NCBI GenBank assembly: GCA_022736535.1
Contig: DZCT01000002.1
Location: 1-38,370, forward strand
Direction: 5' to 3'
DNA length: 38,370 nt
Origin: Desulfatirhabdium butyrativorans
Lineage (GTDB): Bacteria; Desulfobacterota; Desulfobacteria; Desulfobacterales; JAIFKL01
The notes under the pieces were generated by a model. That model was not told the origin of the DNA. It searched no databases and saw nothing but the letters and a program-made list of their open reading frames with translations. Shown here one piece after another: positions 12,501-18,132 of this stretch. A program made the translations under genes and the position numbers. Numbering within the stretch: the first letter of the stretch is position 1; the number at the start of each line of letters is the position of its first letter.

Positions 12501-12978
12501 TTATCAGATCAAATTCGTGAAGGAATCGCTGAGGAAAATTCCCAACAAAGGCATGGGTTACAATACCTTGAAATATCTCACTGCTGCGGAGAATAAGAAA
12601 GGTGTCTCTTTTAATATCCGTCCCGAGGTCAGTTTTAACTACATGGGGCAGTTTGACGAAGATGTAGGCGTCGGTTTTGACTTGGCTTCAGAGTCATCCG
12701 GCAATAACCTGAATCCGAACTCGGAATGCCTCTATGACATTGATGTGAACTGTATTGTGATTCAGGGTAAGTTGCAGGTATCTCTCACATATAACGGGAA
12801 ACGCTATGTAGCAGAGACCATTGAAAAACTGGGAAGAGATTTCAAGGATGAACTTCTGGTGATAACAGCGCATTGCGCCGGTATCGAGGACACTGAAATC
12901 ACTCCGAGTGATATTGATTATGATGGTTTTGATATTGATGAATTAGATGCAGTTTTAGGAAGTCTGCAACAGAATTAG
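6523..12978 (+). CDS. Non-ribosomal peptide synthetase, two modules: A-T-C-A-T-E
   Basis: First A: [16 protein letters not shown] (~7030-7077), [49 protein letters not shown]: GGNSL (Ser 8245-8247). C: [27 protein letters not shown] (HH at 8803-8808). Second A: [16 protein letters not shown] (10228-10275), [49 protein letters not shown]: GGDSI (Ser 11425-11427). E: [10 protein letters not shown] (from 11962), EGHGRE, RTVGWFT, FNYMGQ. Acidic C-terminal tail [22 protein letters not shown]. Confidence 0.96.
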   Translation: [2151 protein letters not shown]

Positions 12979-13050
12979 CGATTTTTGTATTCCGTCCGCA
13001 GTGTATTTATGAGGAGAGAGTATTTCTAACCAAAAGAGGGAGAGACGTCC

Positions 13051-13650
13051 ATGATTGAGGAAAAAGTGATAACAACGGGTACGAATTCAGCTATCGGAGC
13101 CGGAAGTGCAAATACCGCCGCTGCTACTACTGCTGTACCGGCTGTTGCCGCCAAAACCGCCGCAGTTACAGCGGCTCCGACCGCTGCTACAGCCGCACCG
13201 GTTGCCGCTGCCAAGACTGCCGCTGCTGCTTCGGCGATGCCCGCAGCCGCGACTATGGCAGCGCCGGCGGCTACTGCTGCCAAAACCGCCGCTGTCACAG
13301 CCGCACCGAGTGCTGTACCGGTTGCCGGAGCCGCTAAAACTGCCGTAGCGATGCCCGCAGCTATGAGTTCGGCAATGCCGGCTGCAACTGCTGCCAAAAC
13401 TGTCGCTGCTACAGGTGCAGGCGCATCATCTGCTGTACCCGCTGCCGGAGCAGCTAAAGTTTCTGCCGGAACCGGACTTGCAAAAACCGCCCCTATTGCA
13501 AAAGCACTCGGAGCAAAAACACTCGGAGCCTTGGCATTTGTGCCGCTTCCCGTATTAGGCGTTTTATCGTTGGCAGGTATTATCGGTGTTGAATTTTGGA
13601 TGGGCAAAAGAGACAGCAAACCGAAATCAACGCCCAAAAAGAAAAAATAA
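13051..13650 (+). CDS. Alanine-rich repeat protein (199 aa) with a C-terminal hydrophobic helix and a polybasic tail; function unknown
   Basis: GAGGGAGAG Shine-Dalgarno-like run 6-14 nt upstream of ATG 13051, with an in-frame stop at 13027. About six ~20-aa units each contain one AAK(T/V) (Lys at residues 35, 55, 78, 96, 116, 136). The C-terminus is FVPLPVLGVLSLAGIIGVEFWMG followed by KRDSKPKSTPKKKK. Repeat units 13150-13185 and 13279-13314 differ by four synonymous third-position changes (gca/gct, gtt/gtc, gcg/gcc, gct/gca) and one non-synonymous codon. That pattern fits selection on this frame. Confidence 0.6.
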   Translation: MIEEKVITTGTNSAIGAGSANTAAATTAVPAVAAKTAAVTAAPTAATAAPVAAAKTAAAASAMPAAATMAAPAATAAKTAAVTAAPSAVPVAGAAKTAVAMPAAMSSAMPAATAAKTVAATGAGASSAVPAAGAAKVSAGTGLAKTAPIAKALGAKTLGALAFVPLPVLGVLSLAGIIGVEFWMGKRDSKPKSTPKKKK

Positions 13651-13665
13651 GTTTTAAAATTGAAA

Positions 13666-13698
13666 GTAGGGGCTTGTCGCTCGCTGACATGTCCCTAC
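13666..13698 (+). terminator. Imperfect hairpin after the Ala-rich ORF (weak terminator candidate)
   Basis: GTAGGGGCTTGTC gctcgct GACATGTCCCTAC pairs at about 11 of 13 positions. A second small hairpin CTCACT..AGTGAG follows. There is no U-tract directly after the hairpin (the A-rich run lies ~20 nt downstream). Confidence 0.25.
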
Positions 13699-13727
13699 TC
13701 ACTATAACTTATAAGTGAGACAAAAAA

Positions 13728-14768
13728 ATGAAGGTACGGTTGAACGGCGTTGAAGTTCGCTCGATAGCGGTTGTGCTGGGGGAGGAGGAATTTAATCTTG
13801 CCGAGCTTTATGATATTTATGAAAAAGATGAAGTCAATCGAATTATAAAAACAAACGGGATTTCAAAAATTCGGATTGCGCCGGAGGGCGTCTGCGCCTC
13901 TGATCTGTGCGAAAAAGCAGCCCGTCAGATATTGACAGACGATGAGACAAAGCGGATCGGCGCTGTCGTGTTTGTCTCTCAGACGCCGGACTATGTTTTA
14001 CCGGCAACCGGCGCATCCCTTCAGCATCGTTTGGGAATCTCGCAAGATACCGCGGCGTTTGACATCAATCACGGATGTTCCGGCTATGTTTACGGGCTGT
14101 ATCAGGCGTCTCTGTTAGTGGCTTCGGGAAGCTGCGATTCGGTGCTGGTCTGTGCGGGCGATACTCTCACACGCTATGTCAATCCGCTCGACAAGTCAAA
14201 TCGCACGGTGTTCGGCGATGCAGGCAGCGCAACACTTGTAGGAAAAGGAGACAGCGATATAGCTTTCAGCATCATGACGGACGGCTCCGGAGCGGAGCAT
14301 CTGATAATTCCTGCGGGCGGGTGCCGTTATCCGAAAGATGAGAACTCGGAAACGGTCTCCGTGAGAAAAGACGGAAATATGCGCTCGGATGAAGACCTTT
14401 TTATGAACGGGCTGGAAGTCATGAATTTCTCTCTTCGGGAAGTTCCTAAAACCGTGGAAGCCGTTCTCTCATGCAAGGGATGGGACAAGTCGGAAGTCAC
14501 ACTTTTCGGATTTCATCAGGCAAATAAATTCATGCTTGACTACCTGAGAAAAACGCTCAAAGTTCCGAAAGAAAGCCTTCCGATTGCAATGGGAGAAACC
14601 GGAAATACAAGTGCGGCGTCCATACCGACGATGCTTACACAGGAAGGCAAACGTCTCTCAGAAGAAAACAGACTGCAAAAAACGGTTCTGTGCGGATTCG
14701 GAGCAGGTTTGTCCTGCGCCGCCGCAGCCTTAGACCTTTCCAGGACAAAGATATTGGAAACGCTTTAA
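13728..14768 (+). CDS. 3-oxoacyl-ACP synthase III (KASIII / FabH-like condensing enzyme)
   Basis: 346 aa. Cys-His-Asn triad motifs: NHGCSGYVYG (Cys codon 14076-14078), GFHQANKFML, GETGNTSAASIP. GFGAGLS near the C-terminus. Confidence 0.9.
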   Translation: MKVRLNGVEVRSIAVVLGEEEFNLAELYDIYEKDEVNRIIKTNGISKIRIAPEGVCASDLCEKAARQILTDDETKRIGAVVFVSQTPDYVLPATGASLQHRLGISQDTAAFDINHGCSGYVYGLYQASLLVASGSCDSVLVCAGDTLTRYVNPLDKSNRTVFGDAGSATLVGKGDSDIAFSIMTDGSGAEHLIIPAGGCRYPKDENSETVSVRKDGNMRSDEDLFMNGLEVMNFSLREVPKTVEAVLSCKGWDKSEVTLFGFHQANKFMLDYLRKTLKVPKESLPIAMGETGNTSAASIPTMLTQEGKRLSEENRLQKTVLCGFGAGLSCAAAALDLSRTKILETL

Positions 14769-14800
14769 CTAATTGAGGGGTCGGGGAGTTTTTCCCCCGG

Positions 14801-14832
14801 ACTGTCATTTCGACGAACGAAGTGAGGAGAAA
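14801..14832 (+). repeat. Divergent relative of the CTGTCATT unit
   Basis: ACTGTCATTTCGACGAACGAAGTGAGGAGAAA lies between the KASIII and SBP genes. It shares the ACTGTCATT head and GAAG core with 18078-18107. It is preceded by the GC hairpin CGGGGA..TCCCCG (14782-14799). Confidence 0.6.
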
Positions 14833-14839
14833 AAGAGAA

Positions 14840-15577
14840 ATGAGAAAATCAGTAATAGTTATACTTGCGATGGCAATCTTTTTTTTGCCGAAAAACGTGC
14901 TTGGTGAAGAAATTGTTTTTGCCACCACTCAGGTGCCGCCCTTTGTGTATAAGGAAAACGGAAGCTGGGCAGGTATTGATGTGGATATGATTCGGGAAAT
15001 CTGCAAACAGCACGGACTTGAGCCGGAGTTCAAAGACCTGCCGTGGAAAAGAGGTTTAAGCGATGTGGAGAAAGGCAAGGTTGACGGCATGTTTCCTTTG
15101 TTCCGCACCAAAGAGCGAATAAAGTTTATGTATTTTCCGTCCGAATATGTTGATACGGTGAAAACCGTCATTCTGGTTCAAAAAGGAAGTGATATAAAAA
15201 TCAGCAGTCTCAATGACTTGAAAGATAAAAAAATTGCAACGGTTGCCGGTTTTTCCTACGGACCAATCTTTGATGCCTATACCGGGCTGAAAAAAGAAGA
15301 ATGTTATGATATGGAGACGCAGGCAAAAATATTGGATAAGGGGCGTGTTATGGCAGCAGTCGTGCCTCATCTCCCCTTCGGATTTATCTCTAAACAACTC
15401 GGTTTCCATGACAAGTTTGAAACGGCATATATCATATCCGAAGATCATAATTATGTGGGATTTTCCATGAAACTTGAAGGAGATAAAGGCAAATTGCTCG
15501 CTGAAAAATTTGAGCAGAGCTTGCGGCAGTTGAGAGAACAAGGTGTAGAGGAAAAAATTCTGGCAAAATACCGTTAG
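14840..15577 (+). CDS. Periplasmic solute-binding protein, family 3 (amino-acid-binding type), orphan
   Basis: GAGGAG sits 10 nt upstream of ATG 14840; the GTG at 14822 in the ORF track is less likely. Signal-peptide-like MRKSVIVILAMAIFFLPKNVLGEE. Body EIVFATTQVPPFVYKENGSWAGIDVDMIREICKQHGLEPEFKDLPWKRGLSDVEKGKVDGMF is typical of SBP_bac_3 proteins. No permease or ATPase gene is adjacent. Confidence 0.8.
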   Translation: MRKSVIVILAMAIFFLPKNVLGEEIVFATTQVPPFVYKENGSWAGIDVDMIREICKQHGLEPEFKDLPWKRGLSDVEKGKVDGMFPLFRTKERIKFMYFPSEYVDTVKTVILVQKGSDIKISSLNDLKDKKIATVAGFSYGPIFDAYTGLKKEECYDMETQAKILDKGRVMAAVVPHLPFGFISKQLGFHDKFETAYIISEDHNYVGFSMKLEGDKGKLLAEKFEQSLRQLREQGVEEKILAKYR

Positions 15578-15698
15578 TGTTTTGCCACGAATGAACACAA
15601 ATTTTTTACGAACAAAAAACACGAATTTTATTAAAAGTATAAATCTGTTAAATAGTAAACGATTGTCAAATCTTAAACTCAGGAGAAAAACAATTCCC

Positions 15699-15995
15699 GT
15701 GTATGAAAGAATTATTGATATAGTCATTCAGCAGGCAAAAGAACTGAACGAGGAATTGGCGAACAAAATTCCGCTCGAACAGGGCGCGGATGCGCCGCTG
15801 TTCGGGAAAGACGGCGTTCTGGATTCCATCGCGTTGGTGACGCTGATAGTTGCGGTCGAACAGGCAGTCGAAGATGAATTTGACACAGCCCTGACCATTG
15901 CCGACGAAAAAGCCATGTCGCAGAAAATCAGTCCTTTCAGAACTGTCGGCAGTTTAGCCGAGTATATTCAAAAGCTGGTCAAAGGAGAGATTTAA
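15699..15995 (+). CDS. Free-standing acyl carrier protein
   Basis: GVLDSIALVTLIVAVEQ carries the DS(I/L) phosphopantetheine-attachment motif (Ser codon 15825-15827). I chose the GTG start at 15699 with AGGAG at 15681-15685, giving 98 aa. The ORF-track start at 15582 would add an Asn/Lys-rich extension encoded by AT-rich spacer. Confidence 0.75.
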   Translation: MYERIIDIVIQQAKELNEELANKIPLEQGADAPLFGKDGVLDSIALVTLIVAVEQAVEDEFDTALTIADEKAMSQKISPFRTVGSLAEYIQKLVKGEI

Positions 15996-16694
15996 GTGGA
16001 AACGCCGATAACGCTGATTACAGGCGCAAGCAAAGGAATCGGAAAGTTTCTTGCACAATATTATCTCAGACAGGGGCATCGTGTGATCGGTTGCAGCCGT
16101 TCAGATACAGATTGGAAAGCAGAAGGATATGAACATCATCTCGCAGATGTGAGCCATGAAACTGATGTAAAAAAACTTTTTTCTGATATTCGCAGAAAAT
16201 ACGGAAAATTGGATCATCTCATCAACAACGCGGGCATTGCTTCCATGAATCACTTTATGCTCACGCCCCTGGCAGCGGCGCATAAAATTTTTGACACGAA
16301 TTTTATGGGAACTTTTCTTTTCTCCCGGGAAGCGGCAAAGCTGATGAAAAAGCAGCAATACGGAAGAATCGTAAACTTTTCCACCGTAGCCGTTCCCTTA
16401 AAACTTGAAGGAGAAGCCATCTACGCGGCGTCGAAAGCCGCGGTTATCTCTTTTACACAAGTTATAGCGAGAGAATTGGCAGACTTCGGGATAACCGTGA
16501 ATGCCGTGGGTCCCGCGCCTGTTCAGACGGATCTGATAGCCGCTGTTCCGAAAGATAAAATTCAGAATTTATTGGACAGACAGGCGATTCACAAGTTTGC
16601 CGAGTTTGAAGATGTCGCCAATGTGATTGACTTTTTTATCAGAAAAGAGAGTGCGTTTATCACGGGACAGGTTCTGTTTCTCGGAGGTATTTGA
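15996..16694 (+). CDS. Short-chain dehydrogenase/reductase (FabG-like ketoreductase)
   Basis: The GTG start abuts the ACP stop. Motifs: ITGASKGIGKFLA (TGxxxGxG), NNAG, YAASKAA (YxxxK), PAPVQTD. 232 aa. Confidence 0.9.
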   Translation: METPITLITGASKGIGKFLAQYYLRQGHRVIGCSRSDTDWKAEGYEHHLADVSHETDVKKLFSDIRRKYGKLDHLINNAGIASMNHFMLTPLAAAHKIFDTNFMGTFLFSREAAKLMKKQQYGRIVNFSTVAVPLKLEGEAIYAASKAAVISFTQVIARELADFGITVNAVGPAPVQTDLIAAVPKDKIQNLLDRQAIHKFAEFEDVANVIDFFIRKESAFITGQVLFLGGI

Positions 16695-18040
16695 TGTTTA
16701 CAGATTTTTTGTCAGAGATATTCTCAGATAACAAAGAAAAAGATGCGCTCGTCTGGCAGGACAGAAAATACTTATACGAATATCTGCTGAACGCCTTTCA
16801 AGACTGGCAAAAAAACCTTGATGAAAGCGGGATTGCAAAGAATTCTGTCGTATTGCTGGAAGCGGATTTTTCGCCCAATGCGCTGGCGTTGATGCTTGCG
16901 CTGATAGAACATGAGTGTATTGTCGTACCGTTTACGACTTCGGTAAAAGCGAAAAAAGCGGAATTTTGCGAGATTGCTCAGGCTGAACATATTGTCAGTA
17001 TTGACGAAAACGACATAGTTTCTTTTGAAAGAATATCTCGTGAGGCGGACCATGACTTGCTGAGACAACTGAAAATGAGGAGACATCCGGGGCTGATCCT
17101 TTTTTCTTCAGGTTCCACAGGAAAGAGCAAAGCCGCGCTGCATGATTTTGCGCCCCTGCTGGAAAAATTCAAACTTCGCCGCCATGCCATGCGAACCCTC
17201 ACGTTTCTGCTGTTTGACCATATCGGCGGCGTCAACACATTGCTGCATATTTTATCTAATGCGGGCTGCGCTGTCACGGTTCAGGAGCGTTCACCGGAAA
17301 GCGTCTGCAAGGCGATTGAAACGCACAAAGTTCAGCTTTTGCCGACTTCTCCGACTTTTATCTCCCTGCTCCTGCTCAGTGAGGCATATCGCAACTATGA
17401 TATGACTTCCCTTGAATTAGTGACTTACGGCACGGAAGTCATGCCGGAAAGCACGCTGAAAAAGTTTCACGAATGCTTTCCGAATGTCCGATTACTCCAA
17501 ACCTACGGGCTTTCGGAAATCGGCATCATGCGCTCGAAATCCGAGTCATCGGATTCTTTGTGGATGAAAATCGGAGGCGAAGGCATTCAAACCCGCATTG
17601 CTGACGGGATTCTTCAGATTAAAACGCCTTCCGCCATGCTGGGTTATCTCAACGCGCCGAGTCCTTTCACCCCGGACGGCTGGTTTGACACAGGAGACAA
17701 AGTAGAGACAAACGGCGATTATATTCGCATACTCGGCAGAGAATCGGAGATCATCAATGTGGGCGGAGAAAAGGTCTGGCCCGCTGAAATAGAAGAAGTC
17801 ATTCAGATGATGCCGGGCGTGGAAGATGTGGCGGTCTGCGGTGTGAAAAGTCCGATTACCGGTCAGATGGTTCAGGCGAGCGTGAAACTCAAAACTGACG
17901 AGACGCTTTCGGATTTTCGGAAAAGAATGCGGAACTTCTGCAAAGACAAACTCTCTGCTTTCAAGGTTCCGCAAAAAGTGATGCTGACCGATCACGCTTT
18001 TCACGGGGGACGGTTTAAGAAATTGAGAATTAAGCAGTAA
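16694..18040 (+). CDS. Stand-alone adenylate-forming enzyme (acyl-AMP / acyl-ACP ligase family)
   Basis: ATG 16694 overlaps the SDR stop (ATGA), with GGAGG at 16681-16685. Motifs: LILFSSGSTGKSKA, TYGLSE, FDTGDKVE, GRESEIINVGGEKVWPAEIEE. At 448 aa it is shorter than typical acyl-CoA synthetases. Confidence 0.88.
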   Translation: MFTDFLSEIFSDNKEKDALVWQDRKYLYEYLLNAFQDWQKNLDESGIAKNSVVLLEADFSPNALALMLALIEHECIVVPFTTSVKAKKAEFCEIAQAEHIVSIDENDIVSFERISREADHDLLRQLKMRRHPGLILFSSGSTGKSKAALHDFAPLLEKFKLRRHAMRTLTFLLFDHIGGVNTLLHILSNAGCAVTVQERSPESVCKAIETHKVQLLPTSPTFISLLLLSEAYRNYDMTSLELVTYGTEVMPESTLKKFHECFPNVRLLQTYGLSEIGIMRSKSESSDSLWMKIGGEGIQTRIADGILQIKTPSAMLGYLNAPSPFTPDGWFDTGDKVETNGDYIRILGRESEIINVGGEKVWPAEIEEVIQMMPGVEDVAVCGVKSPITGQMVQASVKLKTDETLSDFRKRMRNFCKDKLSAFKVPQKVMLTDHAFHGGRFKKLRIKQ

Positions 18041-18077
18041 TACAGAACAAGTTGGAGGATCGAGGCGGTTCTCTGAA

Positions 18078-18107
18078 ACTGTCATTCTGAGCGAAGCGAA
18101 GAATCTC
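18078..18107 (+). repeat. Solo copy of the CTGTCATTCTGAG..GAAGAATCTC unit
   Basis: ACTGTCATTCTGAGCGAAGCGAAGAATCTC lies in the spacer between the ligase gene and NRPS3. It is near-identical to 35665-35694. Confidence 0.85.
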
Positions 18108-18132
18108 ATTCCGCTATGCAGGGAGCATAAGT

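Noticed and set aside
13026-13637. 203-aa minus-strand ORF mirroring the Ala-rich gene, and the 80-aa alternative + frame at 13106-13348
   Set aside because: Open frames on both strands are expected from GCN-rich low-complexity DNA. The + frame at 13051 has an SD-like sequence, matches the orientation of every other gene, ends in a coherent hydrophobic helix and basic tail, and shows mainly synonymous differences between repeat units. The other frames lack these properties.
15582-15698. Upstream ATG start for the ACP (137-aa version)
   Set aside because: It adds an Asn/Lys-rich 39-aa leader encoded by AT-rich spacer. The GTG at 15699, preceded by AGGAG, gives a normal ~98-aa ACP.
13728-18040. 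KASIII + SDR + AMP-ligase as an OleA/OleD/OleC-like beta-lactone cassette
   Set aside because: The reductase is a 232-aa classical SDR, not the larger OleD type as I recall it. The ligase is only 448 aa, a dedicated ACP is present, and the KASIII keeps a FabH-like triad. The idea cannot be excluded without phylogeny, but the sequence does not support it.
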